Positions 1 through 9,358 are shown, counted from the first letter of the whole stretch. The stretch is 61,904 nucleotides of DNA, filler included, from Thermodesulfobacteriota bacterium (GCA_036381125.1; 9 parts of 9 records of this genome joined end to end with filler, not necessarily neighbours in it), one strand, 5' to 3'. Program-made: numbers and translations. Notes: generated by a model from the letters alone, not told the origin.

Positions 1-472
1 GGGTTTCGGCAGGCTCCCGGTGCGCCCCCGTGCGACGCGCGAGTCTCCGACCACCTCGACGCGGCCCTCGAGCCTCGAAGTCGCGCCCGGCGGGCGATGG
101 CCGGCCGTACGGAGCCTGTCCACGCGGCCTCCGCGCCACGCGGCCGCGTCGTCGTCGCAGGCTGTCAAGAGAATTCGTCAGCGACGCGTGCGCCGTGCCG
201 CTCCCCCAACTCGGTCCGAACCGAGTTGGGCTGCATGGAGAGCGCCGGTCGCGCGGCGTGCCCCACCTCTGCGCCAGCAGGCCCCCTTCTCGCCGCGCTA
301 CCGGCCGGGAGCGTGCGGCCTCGTTACAAGACCCCACGGCTGGACCGCGCAGAGGAGGTATCTCGCCGTGGGGATCTACGCGTCAGCGCGGATCACCGTG
401 ACGTGACGCGCGGGGAACGGGGCGGCTGCGGGCCGTGGAAGGCGAGCCCCATCAGACCCCCGACGTATGCTC

Positions 473-520
473 GGAAAATGGAAAGGCCTGACCCCCTGGA
501 AAACGGAAAGGCCTGACCCC
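473..520. repeat. Tandem 23-bp direct repeat GGAAAAYGGAAAGGCCTGACCCC x2 (REP-like extragenic repeat)
   Basis: Units at 473-495 and 498-520, period 25, 22/23 identical; just downstream of the azlD stop. Confidence 0.75.
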
Positions 521-537
521 ATGGGGAACCCCGCCCG

Positions 538-837
538 TCAGGCCACGGCCCGGAGCGCGACGACCGCCGCGACCCCCACGGCGATCGTCGCGAGGAGCGG
601 CAGACGGGTCGCGGCGGCCGCGGTGACGAGGGCCGCCGCCGTTTCCGGCCAGCCGGTGGCCAGCGCGGTCGGGGCGATCACCGCCACGAGGACGGCCGGT
701 GGGATGGCGTCGAAGGCCGCCCTGGCCCGCCCTCGGAGGGCGAGCCGGCCAGCCACGAAGAGGCCCGCGATCCGGGTGAGGTAGGTCACGACCGCCATCG
801 CGACGATCGTCGCGAGCGTCGCGGGATCGACGCTCAT
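538..837 (-). CDS. azlD: AzlD-family branched-chain amino acid exporter small subunit (99 aa)
   Basis: MSVDPATLATIVAMAVVTYLTRIAG...IPPAVLVAVIAP; ATGA overlap with the azlC stop. Confidence 0.85.
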   Translation of the reverse strand: MSVDPATLATIVAMAVVTYLTRIAGLFVAGRLALRGRARAAFDAIPPAVLVAVIAPTALATGWPETAAALVTAAAATRLPLLATIAVGVAAVVALRAVA

Positions 838-1526
838 GCCGGCGCCTCGTCCGGCCCCGCGGCCCAGTAGGCGGCGGCGATCCCGGCGAAGGCGCCGGCC
901 GCCACGTGCCACGGCGGTCCGGCGGTGACGTGGGTCAGCGCCGAGGCTATGCCGCTCGCCGCGATCGTGAACCCCGTGACGCGGCCCCTCCAGAACGCCG
1001 CGACGAGCCCGATGAAGAGGGCCGTGAAGGCGAAGTCGGCGCCGAGCCGCGCGGGGTCGCCGAGGAACGAGCCGAGCCAGGCGCCGAGGACGGTCGAGCC
1101 GATCCAGGCCGGCGGCAGCATCATGGCCATCGGGAACCAGTACCCCGGCCTCACCGGCTGCGTCAGGGCGCGCCGCTCGGCGAGGGCCCACGACTCGTCG
1201 GTGAGGACGTAGAAGCCGACGAGCCGCTGGAGCCAGGAGAAGCCCTCCAGCTTCGGGGTCAGCGAGGCGCCCATCAGCACGTGGCGCGCGTTGATGAGGA
1301 GCGTCGAGAAGGCGAGCGCGAGGACCGGCACCGGATAGGTCCAGAGCTCCACGGCCGCGAACTGCGCCCCGCCGGCGAAGACCAGCACCGACATGAGCCC
1401 GGCCTCCGCGACGGACAGCCCCCTGGCCGCGCTCAGCGCGCCGAACAGGCCGCCGATGGGGATGGCGGCCACCACGACCGGCGCGATGTCGCGCAGGCCC
1501 TCGCGAGCCTCCGCGCGCCGGTTCAT
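834..1526 (-). CDS. azlC: AzlC-family branched-chain amino acid exporter permease
   Basis: MSVLVFAGGAQF, LINARHVLMGASL, LTDESWA and DFAFTALFIGL motifs; paired with azlD. Confidence 0.92.
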   Translation of the reverse strand: MNRRAEAREGLRDIAPVVVAAIPIGGLFGALSAARGLSVAEAGLMSVLVFAGGAQFAAVELWTYPVPVLALAFSTLLINARHVLMGASLTPKLEGFSWLQRLVGFYVLTDESWALAERRALTQPVRPGYWFPMAMMLPPAWIGSTVLGAWLGSFLGDPARLGADFAFTALFIGLVAAFWRGRVTGFTIAASGIASALTHVTAGPPWHVAAGAFAGIAAAYWAAGPDEAPA

Positions 1527-2260
1527 CTCGAGACCGCCGCGCGGTAGGCCCCCGGCGTGACGCCGACGCGGGCCTTGAAGGCGCGGGTGAGATGCGCCTG
1601 GTCGCAGAACCCGGTGGCCGCGGCGACCTCGGCCGGGGAGTCCCCCCGCCGCAGCCGCGCCCTCGCGGCGCCGACCCGGCAGTTGACGAGATAGGCGTGC
1701 GGGGTGAGGCCCGGCTCGCGCCCCACGACCGCCGGGACGATGCGCGCATGCCTGACGAGGCAGTAGGCGTAGGCGCCGAGGAGCCGCTCGTCTGCCGCGA
1801 GCCCCTCCGCCCCCTCCTCCAGCATGCGGTGCGCGGCCGTGAGGAGCGCGACGCCCTGCGGATCGTGGACCACGGGCTCCGGGAAGAACGGGGTGCCGAC
1901 GGCGGCGCGTCCCGAGACCTCCGCCGCGATGCGCCCGAGCAGCGCGACCGTCGGATAGGTCGTGCGGTAGCTGTAGCCCTCGCCGTGCGGGGCGCCGTCG
2001 TGCACGTCCTCGGGGTTCGTGAAGATGAAGTCGCCCGGGCGCGCGTAGCGCCGGCGGCCGCGCACGGTCAGGCTCTCGCAACCGGCCGAGACCGCGCCGA
2101 TGACATAGGTGTCGTGCGTGTGCAGCGCGTACCGATGGCGACGGAAGGTCGCCGCCAGGCACTCGAGCCCGTCGAAGCGCTCGGCCGTGAAGAAGCGCGC
2201 CCGCTCGCCACTCGCGGGGGGCGCCATCGGCATGGCGTCGGCTCGCGTGATCGTCTCCAT
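1523..2260 (-). CDS. AraC-family transcriptional regulator, apparently missing its first HTH
   Basis: N-terminal cupin (HRYALHTHDTYVIG); C-terminal EVAAATGFCDQAHLTRAFKARVGVTPGAYR; only 245 aa. Confidence 0.85.
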   Translation of the reverse strand: METITRADAMPMAPPASGERARFFTAERFDGLECLAATFRRHRYALHTHDTYVIGAVSAGCESLTVRGRRRYARPGDFIFTNPEDVHDGAPHGEGYSYRTTYPTVALLGRIAAEVSGRAAVGTPFFPEPVVHDPQGVALLTAAHRMLEEGAEGLAADERLLGAYAYCLVRHARIVPAVVGREPGLTPHAYLVNCRVGAARARLRRGDSPAEVAAATGFCDQAHLTRAFKARVGVTPGAYRAAVSR

Positions 2261-2308
2261 CGGCCGAGTGTAGTCCTGCGCCAGGGTCGCCTGTCTCGAA
2301 GAAAAGTC

Positions 2309-3508
2309 TCAGCCGCGCTTCGGCTCCGGCAGGAAGCAGGCGGCCGCGAGGCCGAGGACCGGCGTGAGCGCCGCCGCCCAGAGGGCCGACGGCAGGCCGA
2401 AGCGGTCGGCCACCATGCCGAGCACCCACGCGCCGACGCCGCCGGCGCCGATCGCCAGGCCGACGATCAGCCCCGAGGCCATGCCGTGGTGGCGCGGCAG
2501 GTAGGCCTGCGCGAGGACCACCGAGGTCGTGAAGGTGGCCACCAGGACGAAGCCGAGGCCGGCCAGGAGCGCGAAGTGCACCCAGATCGGCATCGAGCGG
2601 GTGGCGAGGAGGAAGAGGACGGCCAGCGGCGTGCCGAGGGCGAACGCGCCGAGCATGAAGCGCCGCGCGCCGATCCGATCGGCGAGGACGCCGCCGACGA
2701 GCGTGCCGACCGCGCCGGCGCCGAGGAAGACCGAGAGCAGGGGCCCGGTGAGCCGCGGATCGGCCCCGAGGACGTCCCGGTAGTAGAAGGGGATGTAGGT
2801 CGTGAAGCCGAGCTGCGACCAGGAGCGGAACATGACCACGACGACCAGGAGCGTCATGGCGCCGATCAGCGTCGGCGCGACGCCGGCCGCCGCGGCGCGC
2901 TTCGTCGCAGCGGCCTGCCGCGCGAGGTAGGGCTGCACGGCGAAGAGCAGGGCGGCGACGAGGAGCGGGTGCACCGCCATGCCGAGCGAGCCGGCCGCCC
3001 CGTAGCGCGCCAGGAACAGGGCGATCAGGGCCGGCCCGAGGGCGATGCCGATGTTGCCGCCGACCGAGAACCAGGAGAGCCCCGTGGCCTTGTAGTCGCC
3101 CGCCACGCTGGCCGCGGTCTTGTACCCCTCGGGGTGGTAGGCCGCGATGCCGACGCCGGCCGCCACCGTCAGGGCGAGGACCGTCCAGTAGGACGGGGCG
3201 AGTCCGATCAGGGCGAAGCCGACGCCGGCCAGGAACACCGCCCAGGGCAGCAGCCACCGGCGGGCGCTCCGGTCCGAGAGGTACCCGAAGGCCGGCTGGA
3301 TGACCGACGAGGTCAGGTTCGAGATGAGGATGATCGCCCCGGCCGCCTCGTACGACAGGCCGTGCACATCGCGGAGCGTCGGCAGGATGGCCGGAAAGGC
3401 GCCCTGGATGCTGTCGACCGTGAGGTGGCCCACGGCGAGGAGGCCGAGCATCTTCGCGTTGGGCTTCACGCGCTCGCGCGGGAAGGCGGCTTCGGCGACG
3501 CTGCTCAC
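2309..3508 (-). CDS. MFS transporter, fosmidomycin-resistance (Fsr)-like
   Basis: GHLTVD...QPAFGYLSDR, GIAAYHPEG, GLSWFSVGGNIG, GGVLADRIGAR; GTG start overlaps the upstream stop. Confidence 0.88.
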   Translation of the reverse strand: MSSVAEAAFPRERVKPNAKMLGLLAVGHLTVDSIQGAFPAILPTLRDVHGLSYEAAGAIILISNLTSSVIQPAFGYLSDRSARRWLLPWAVFLAGVGFALIGLAPSYWTVLALTVAAGVGIAAYHPEGYKTAASVAGDYKATGLSWFSVGGNIGIALGPALIALFLARYGAAGSLGMAVHPLLVAALLFAVQPYLARQAAATKRAAAAGVAPTLIGAMTLLVVVVMFRSWSQLGFTTYIPFYYRDVLGADPRLTGPLLSVFLGAGAVGTLVGGVLADRIGARRFMLGAFALGTPLAVLFLLATRSMPIWVHFALLAGLGFVLVATFTTSVVLAQAYLPRHHGMASGLIVGLAIGAGGVGAWVLGMVADRFGLPSALWAAALTPVLGLAAACFLPEPKRG

Positions 3509-4434
3509 GCTGCAGACCTCGCGCGGCCGACGAGCACGAGCGCGACGCCGGCCAGGATGACCATCATCGACACGATGGTCGTCCCGGTGATCCGCTCGCC
3601 GGCGACGAGCGCCCCGAGGGCGACCGCCACGACCGGATTCACGTAGGCGTAGCTCGTGGCCAGGGCGGGCCGCACGCGCCCCAGCAAGTAGATGTACGCG
3701 GTGTAGCCGACGAGCGAGCCTACCACGATCAGGTAGGCGAAGGCCCAGAGGGCCCGGGCCGACGGCCAGGCCGTCAGCCGCTCGCCGGCCGCGAGCCCGA
3801 GCAGGATCAGCGCCGCCCCTCCGACGAGGAGCTGGGCCGCCACCGCCATGAGGCCCGACGGCATCGACAGGTATCGGCTCCAGGCCGATCCGAAGGCCCA
3901 GCATACCGCGGCGAGCAGGAGGGCGACGGCCCCCACCGGGTGGGCCCGGAGATCGGCACCGGTGTTGAGCAGGACCACGCCGGCGAGGCCGAGGCCGAGC
4001 CCGACCCACTCCACCCGGCTCGGCCAGCGGCCGAAGAGGCCGGCGAAGAGGCCGGTCCAGATGGGGGTCGTGGCGATCACGACCGCCGCGACCCCCGAGG
4101 CGACCCACTGCTCGGCGAAGGCGACGCCGCCGTTGCCCCCGACGAGCAGGAACGTGCCGACGATGGCCGCTCCCCGCCACTCGGCCGCCGCGGGGGCCGG
4201 CGCGCCGCGCAGCCTGAGCAGCGGGTAGAGGAGGGCCCCCGCGACGACGAAGCGGATGCCGGACATGAGAAAGGGGGGGAACCCCTCGATCGCCAGGGCG
4301 ATGGCGAGGTAGGTCGAGCCCCAGATCACGTAGAGCAGCCCGAGCGCCGTGTAGACGCCGGCGGAGCGGTCGACGCGATCGGACGCCTCGACCGCGGCCT
4401 CTCCCTGGTACGCCGTCCTGCCGGTTACCGACAC
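3505..4434 (-). CDS. yedA: EamA/DMT-family exporter (YedA-like)
   Basis: LYVIWGSTYLAI, PPFLMSGIRF, SYAYVNPVVAVALG; start approximate. Confidence 0.85.
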   Translation of the reverse strand: MSVTGRTAYQGEAAVEASDRVDRSAGVYTALGLLYVIWGSTYLAIALAIEGFPPFLMSGIRFVVAGALLYPLLRLRGAPAPAAAEWRGAAIVGTFLLVGGNGGVAFAEQWVASGVAAVVIATTPIWTGLFAGLFGRWPSRVEWVGLGLGLAGVVLLNTGADLRAHPVGAVALLLAAVCWAFGSAWSRYLSMPSGLMAVAAQLLVGGAALILLGLAAGERLTAWPSARALWAFAYLIVVGSLVGYTAYIYLLGRVRPALATSYAYVNPVVAVALGALVAGERITGTTIVSMMVILAGVALVLVGRARSAA

Positions 4435-4685
4435 ACGACGCTCAGGAAGGCGACGGCGCCGGTCGCCGCCGCCACGAGGGCCGCGATGTCGATCACACGC
4501 GAGCGTTCGGCGTCGAGGCTCGTCGACAGGACCGGGCGCGCCGCGCGCGAGTCCTCGGGGACGGGCACCGGGACGGTGACGTGCAGCCAGGCGTAGCGGT
4601 TCGCCGCACCGGCGCGCGGCTCCTCCTGGGCTGCCGTGAGCCGCGTCCAGGCGCGCCGGGTGAGTGTCGGGGACAGGGTGCTCAT
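4425..4685 (-). CDS. Hypothetical 86-aa protein with a hydrophobic C-terminus
   Basis: ATG preceded by AGGAGG, ATGA overlap with the GntR stop, fills the gap to the EamA gene. Confidence 0.5.
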   Translation of the reverse strand: MSTLSPTLTRRAWTRLTAAQEEPRAGAANRYAWLHVTVPVPVPEDSRAARPVLSTSLDAERSRVIDIAALVAAATGAVAFLSVVCR

Positions 4686-5680
4686 ACCGCACCTCCTGCG
4701 GGGACCAGCTTGCGACGCGCGAGGTCCGCCGCGAGTTCCTTCACCATCTCGATGCTGCCGCGGTCGATCTGCTTCTCGACCAGGATCCGCTCCTGCCCGG
4801 GCTCGAGAAGCGGCTCCACGGCCGGCTGCGACCCGTCGGCGTAGACGACCACGTCGGCCCCGGCGAGCGCCTGCGGCACCCCCTCGGGCTCGAGGACGTG
4901 CGCGAAGGCGATCGGCCGCTCGGGGCCGATGACGTTGCGCAGCGAGGTCACGAGGCCGCGCGCGCAGACGGGGCTCACGCCCACGGCGGCGATGCGCGCG
5001 TGCTCGTCGAGGGCCATGATCCGCATGAGCGTCCGGATCGAGGGCCCCATGTAGAGGCCGGCCACCTTGATGCCGGTCGCCTCGAGGAGCGCCTCCACCT
5101 CGTTCACGTGAAAGAAGGTCGTGACCACCAGGTCGACGTCGCCCAGCGCCTGCCGTCCGGAGGTGATGCGCGCAGCCAGCTCCTCGATGGTGGCGACGGA
5201 GAGCCGCGCCCCGACCTCGGCGACGAGCGCGTCGCGCATGACGTCGAGGTCGACGCCGTTGCACTCGACGAGGAGCAGGTGGGCCTGCGCCGCGCCCCCC
5301 TCGGGCGACTGCGCCACGGCGGTCGCGGCGTCGAGGAACTCTCGGGCCGTGGCGCCGAGGGCGAGCGCCCTGTCGAACGCCTCGCGTACGGCCGTCATGA
5401 CCTCCGCGTGGCGGGCGTCGACGGCCGAGCCGATCGACTCCGCGACGAACGTGCCCCGGCCCTGCTCGACCCGCAGGAGGCCCTGCGCCTCCAGCTCCCG
5501 GTAGGCGATGGCCACCGTGTTGTGGTTGATCCGCAGGTAGCCGGCGAGCTGGCGCACCGTCGGAAGCTGCTCCCCGGGCTTGAGCGAGCCGGAGCGGATG
5601 AGGCTGCCGAGCTGCGCCGTGAGCTGCCGCTGGATCGAGAACGGGCTACGCTTGTCGATTGCGAGGCCGGAGACGGACAC
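4682..5680 (-). CDS. GntR-family regulator (YtrA-like HTH) with an extended C-terminal alpha/beta domain
   Basis: LKPGEQLPTVRQLAGYLRINHNTVAIAYRELEAQGLLRVEQGRGTFV; GTG start after AGGAG. Confidence 0.9.
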   Translation of the reverse strand: MSVSGLAIDKRSPFSIQRQLTAQLGSLIRSGSLKPGEQLPTVRQLAGYLRINHNTVAIAYRELEAQGLLRVEQGRGTFVAESIGSAVDARHAEVMTAVREAFDRALALGATAREFLDAATAVAQSPEGGAAQAHLLLVECNGVDLDVMRDALVAEVGARLSVATIEELAARITSGRQALGDVDLVVTTFFHVNEVEALLEATGIKVAGLYMGPSIRTLMRIMALDEHARIAAVGVSPVCARGLVTSLRNVIGPERPIAFAHVLEPEGVPQALAGADVVVYADGSQPAVEPLLEPGQERILVEKQIDRGSIEMVKELAADLARRKLVPAGGAV

Positions 5681-5706
5681 GGGTGCGAGGGCTCCTGATT
5701 GTCTGG

Positions 5707-5759
5707 TGTCTATATCCACAATGTACAATTACACTATACACATGAGGTAGGCGTGTCAA
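5707..5759 (-). promoter_or_regulatory. Sigma70-type promoter for the GntR operon overlapping a TGTA-N11-TACA putative operator
   Basis: Minus strand TTGACA then TATAGT/TAGTGT (15/17-nt spacer); AT-rich patch; TGTACAATTACACTATACA at 5722-5740. Confidence 0.6.
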
Positions 5760-5770
5760 GAGACTTTCCG

Positions 5771-6241
5771 GTGAGCCCGTTCGGGCCGAAGATCGCCATC
5801 GACCCGGACGGCGTCTGGCTGGTGGACGGCGACCCGGTCGTTCACCCGACCGTCCTGGCCGAGCTGGTCGGGCGCCTGGCCCGCCGGCCGGACGGGACCC
5901 ACGTCATCCGCGCCGGCGGCGGCGAGGTTGCCATCGACGTGGCGGAGGCGCCCTTCGTGGTCCGAACGCTCGAGGTGGAACGAGGGGCCGACGGTCGCAT
6001 CGCCCGGCTCGATGCGCGGCTGAGCGACGGCACCGAGGAGGTGATCGATCCCGGGTCGCTGCGACGCCTGGCCGCTCCGGCGGCCGGACCGGACGGCGCC
6101 CGCTTTGCCTGCAGCGTGAAGGGGGGGCGTTTCGAGGCCCGGCTTTCCCGCTTCGCAACCTACCGCCTCCTCGCCGAGGCCGAGCCGACCGACGACGGCC
6201 GCGCCAGGCTCGAGACGACGCGCGGAACGGTGGTCCTCTAG
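5771..6241 (+). CDS. DUF1285-like hypothetical protein
   Basis: IAIDPDGVWLVDGDPVVH...IDVAEAPFVV...RLSDGTEE...VKGGRFEARLSR. Confidence 0.65.
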   Translation: MSPFGPKIAIDPDGVWLVDGDPVVHPTVLAELVGRLARRPDGTHVIRAGGGEVAIDVAEAPFVVRTLEVERGADGRIARLDARLSDGTEEVIDPGSLRRLAAPAAGPDGARFACSVKGGRFEARLSRFATYRLLAEAEPTDDGRARLETTRGTVVL

Positions 6242-6270
6242 GGGCTGCCGAAGCATCTCTTGCCTCTCGC

Positions 6271-6348
6271 GTAACTGGCTACAAGCCTGTTGCTAGTTAC
6301 AGGGTGCAGCTCAATCTGTAACGTGTCAAGTAGATTTTAGTCGTTACA
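6271..6348. promoter_or_regulatory. Two tandem GTAAC-N20-GTTAC palindromes (putative operators)
   Basis: 6271-6300 and 6318-6347, identical 20-nt spacing, in an AT-rich intergenic region. Confidence 0.5.
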
Positions 6349-6553
6349 TTTCCACCGCTTACGGGACGAAGACAGAAGGACCGTCCCGAGGGACGACCCC
6401 GACCGGATTCCATTCCGCTCCGTCCGCCTCTTTCCAGGATCCAACGGGCCAAGTCCGCGATTCGCGGGGCCGCCGCGCCGGCACGCCTGCTGCTCCTGGC
6501 GCCGCCTGTCGCGCCTCGGGCCGGTCCGGGGCTCCTTCGGGGAGGGACTCGAG

Positions 6554-6853
6554 ATGTTCGTGCGGGTGCTGAGGAACGAGCGCGGCGTGCCAGCCCACAA
6601 GCTCGCCGACGTGGAACTGGTCTTCGACGAGGGGCCGCTCGCGGGGCTCAAGCTCGTCGGCACGGCCATATGGGAGACGCGGGAGACATCGGGAGACGTG
6701 AGCGTGACGTTCCCGGCCCGAACGTTTCAGGGCGAGGACGGCGTCAGGTATTTCAACTTCATCCGGCCGCAGGGGATCGACAAGGCCCCGCTCGATCGGC
6801 TGAAGGAACTCATCAAGGAGGAGTTCCGGCGGAGCCGGGGCCCGGCGGTATGA
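6554..6853 (+). CDS. Small SpoVG-like putative nucleic-acid-binding protein (99 aa)
   Basis: KLADVELVFDEGPLAGLKLVGTAIWE...SVTFPAR...YFNFIRP...LKELIKEEF resembles the SpoVG topology; RBS GGAGGG. Confidence 0.55.
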   Translation: MFVRVLRNERGVPAHKLADVELVFDEGPLAGLKLVGTAIWETRETSGDVSVTFPARTFQGEDGVRYFNFIRPQGIDKAPLDRLKELIKEEFRRSRGPAV

Positions 6854-6862
6854 CGCGGCGCG

Positions 6863-9358
6863 CTACGACGCCGGCACGCCTCCCGGCCTGGTGCCGGTGT
6901 CCACCGCCTCGCGCACCCGCCGGCGGAGCGCATCGAGCGTGAAGGGCTTGGCCAGGAACGAGGCGCCCTGGTCGAGCACGCCGCTGCGGTAGATGGCCTG
7001 GTCGGCGTAGCCCGACATGTAGAGCACCGGCAGCCCGGGCCGCGCGGCCGCGAGGAGCCGCGCCAGGTCCGGCCCGTTGAGCCGCGGCATCACCACGTCC
7101 GTCAGCAAGAGGTCGATCGGTCCGGCGTGCGTCTCGCTCACCCGCTTCGCGTCGTCGCCGTCGCTCGCCTCGAGGATCCGGTAGCCGGAGTCCTCGAGGG
7201 CCTGGCGGGCGAGCCGGCGCACGATGTCGTCGTCCTCCACCAGGAGGATCGTCTGCGCGTCGCGCGGCGCCTCGGCCGCCGGCGCCGGGGCCGGGTGCGC
7301 CTCGACGGCCTCCGGGACGCGCGGGAGGTAGATCTTGAACGTGGCGCCGCGGCCCGGCTCGCTGTAGACCCAGATGTTGCCGCCGCTCTGCTTGACGATG
7401 CCGTAGACGGTCGAGAGCCCGAGACCGGTCCCCTTGCCGGCCGCCTTGGTGGTGAAGAAGGGCTCGAATAGCCGGTCGCGCGTCTCCCGGCTCATGCCGG
7501 TCCCGGTATCGCTCACGGCCAGGAGCACGTACGCCCCGGGGCGGACCGACACGTGACGTCGCGCGTAGCTGGCGTCGAGGTCGGTGTTGGCCGTCTCGAT
7601 CGTGAGCGTGCCGCCGTCGGGCATGGCGTCGCGCGCGTTCACGACGAGGTTGGTGAGCACCTGCTCGATCTGGGCCGGGTCGGTGCGGACGCGGCCGATC
7701 GACGGGGCGAGCGCCGTCACGACCTGCACCCGGTCGCCGGCGAGCTGGCGCACGAGGGGCAGCATGCCGCCGATCACGCCGTTCACGTCGACGAGGCGGG
7801 GCTTGAGCACCTGGCGGCGGCCGACGGCGAGGAGCTGCCGCGTGAGGGCGGTCGCGCGGTCGACCGTGCGCTGGATCTCCGCCGCCTCGAGGACGGCGGG
7901 CGACCCGGGCTCGAGCAGCTCGCGCAGCCGCTCGCAGAAGCCGCCGATGGCGGTCAGGTAGTTGTTGAAGTCGTGGGCGACGCCGCCGGCGAGCCGGCCG
8001 AGCGCCTCGAACTTGGTCGCCTCGCGCAGCTCGGCCTCGAGCCGGCGCTGGTCGCGCAGGTCGTGCGCGATGGTCGAGAGGAAGGCGACGGCGCCGTCGG
8101 GGCCGCGGTGCGCCACGATCACCTGCGAGACCGGCACCTCCTCGCCGTCCGGCGTGAGGAGGGCCGCCTCGCCCCGCCAGGCGCCGTCGCGGATGGCCGA
8201 CGGAATGGCCTCCTCCAGGATGAGCGTGCGCGCCCAGGCGGGCCGGTTGTCGGCGAGCGTCGTGTGGGAGATGTCGGCCGTGTCGCCGAGGCCGAGGAGC
8301 CGCCGGCCGGCCTGGTTCATGTAGAGTTGGCGGCCGTCGGCGTCCGCGATGGCGACCGGATCGGGTGTCGCCTCGAGCACGGCGGCGAGGCGCTCGCGCG
8401 CCTGCTCCGAGGCGGTGAGGCCGCGGCCGGCCTGCCGGGCCGCCTCCTCGAGCCGCACCTTCTCGAGGCCGAGGCCGATCTCGGTGCCGATCATCTCGAG
8501 CATCCGCAACTCGGCGGCGGGGACCGGGCGTCCGGCGTAGCTGGCCAGCTCGAGCACCCCGGTGACGGCGCCTCCGCCCACGACCGGCACGGCCACCACC
8601 CACGCCGCCGCCCCGGCGACGCCCGACGCGGCCGCCGGCGCGTTCACCACCGCGCGGCGACGCGCCACGGCGTCGGCGAGGAGCCGCCCGTGGGGCAGGT
8701 CCTCGAGCGCCGCCGCCCCCTCGTCGGTCGGTCGGCCGCCCCGACGCACGGAGAGCCCGCCGAGCCTCCGGCCGTTGCCGTCGAGGACGTGGATCGCCCC
8801 CGCGTCGAACCCGCCCACGGCGAGGGTGACCTCGAGCACCCCCTCGAGGACGCTCGGCAGGTCGCGCCCGCGCAGGATCGCCTCGCCGACCCGGGTCACC
8901 GCGGCCAGCTCGTGGTAGCGCGCCTCGAGCGCCTCGGCCCGGGCCGTCACCGACCGGATCTCGGCCCGCAGTCGGCTCTGCGTCAGGGCTCGTCGGACGA
9001 GCCGATCGAGCGCATCGAGGTCGAAGGGCTTGGCGATGTAGTCGTACGCCTCGCGCTTGATCGCGCTCACGGCGGTCTGGAGCGAGGCGTGCGCGGTGAC
9101 CACGATGACCTCGACGTCCGGGTGGCGAGCCTTGAGCGCCTCGAGCGTGGCGATCCCGTCCATGCCGGGCATGCAGAGGTCGAGGAGCACGACGTCGACG
9201 GGGCCCTGCGCGGCGAGCGCGAGGGCGGCGGCTCCGCTCTCCGCGGTGAGGACCGCGAAGCCGCGATCGCTCATCGCCTCGACGAGCGCCTCGAGCAAGG
9301 CCCGCTCGTCGTCGACGACGAGGAGGGTGGGGAGCGTCTCGGTCGTCTCACGCGGCAT
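6863..9358 (-). CDS. Hybrid sensor histidine kinase (REC-GAF-PAS-HisKA-HATPase-REC)
   Basis: LLVVDDE...DLCMPGMDG; LAGGVAHDFNN; NLVVNARDAMP; FEPFFTTK..GKGTGLGLS; LLTDVVMP. Confidence 0.95.
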   Translation of the reverse strand: MPRETTETLPTLLVVDDERALLEALVEAMSDRGFAVLTAESGAAALALAAQGPVDVVLLDLCMPGMDGIATLEALKARHPDVEVIVVTAHASLQTAVSAIKREAYDYIAKPFDLDALDRLVRRALTQSRLRAEIRSVTARAEALEARYHELAAVTRVGEAILRGRDLPSVLEGVLEVTLAVGGFDAGAIHVLDGNGRRLGGLSVRRGGRPTDEGAAALEDLPHGRLLADAVARRRAVVNAPAAASGVAGAAAWVVAVPVVGGGAVTGVLELASYAGRPVPAAELRMLEMIGTEIGLGLEKVRLEEAARQAGRGLTASEQARERLAAVLEATPDPVAIADADGRQLYMNQAGRRLLGLGDTADISHTTLADNRPAWARTLILEEAIPSAIRDGAWRGEAALLTPDGEEVPVSQVIVAHRGPDGAVAFLSTIAHDLRDQRRLEAELREATKFEALGRLAGGVAHDFNNYLTAIGGFCERLRELLEPGSPAVLEAAEIQRTVDRATALTRQLLAVGRRQVLKPRLVDVNGVIGGMLPLVRQLAGDRVQVVTALAPSIGRVRTDPAQIEQVLTNLVVNARDAMPDGGTLTIETANTDLDASYARRHVSVRPGAYVLLAVSDTGTGMSRETRDRLFEPFFTTKAAGKGTGLGLSTVYGIVKQSGGNIWVYSEPGRGATFKIYLPRVPEAVEAHPAPAPAAEAPRDAQTILLVEDDDIVRRLARQALEDSGYRILEASDGDDAKRVSETHAGPIDLLLTDVVMPRLNGPDLARLLAAARPGLPVLYMSGYADQAIYRSGVLDQGASFLAKPFTLDALRRRVREAVDTGTRPGGVPAS

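Noticed and set aside
1..516. Three overlapping plus-strand ORFs at the left end
   Set aside because: Low-complexity translations with no recognisable domain or RBS.
473..520. Direct repeats as a possible CRISPR array
   Set aside because: Only two units separated by 2 nt, with no spacers and no cas genes.
1592..3646. Very long overlapping ORFs (also 7553-9391, 37352-39280, 39217-41658, 45364-47283, 57557-59587)
   Set aside because: Antisense or alternate-frame shadows of real genes, expected at this GC content; Arg/Gly/Ala-rich with no motifs.
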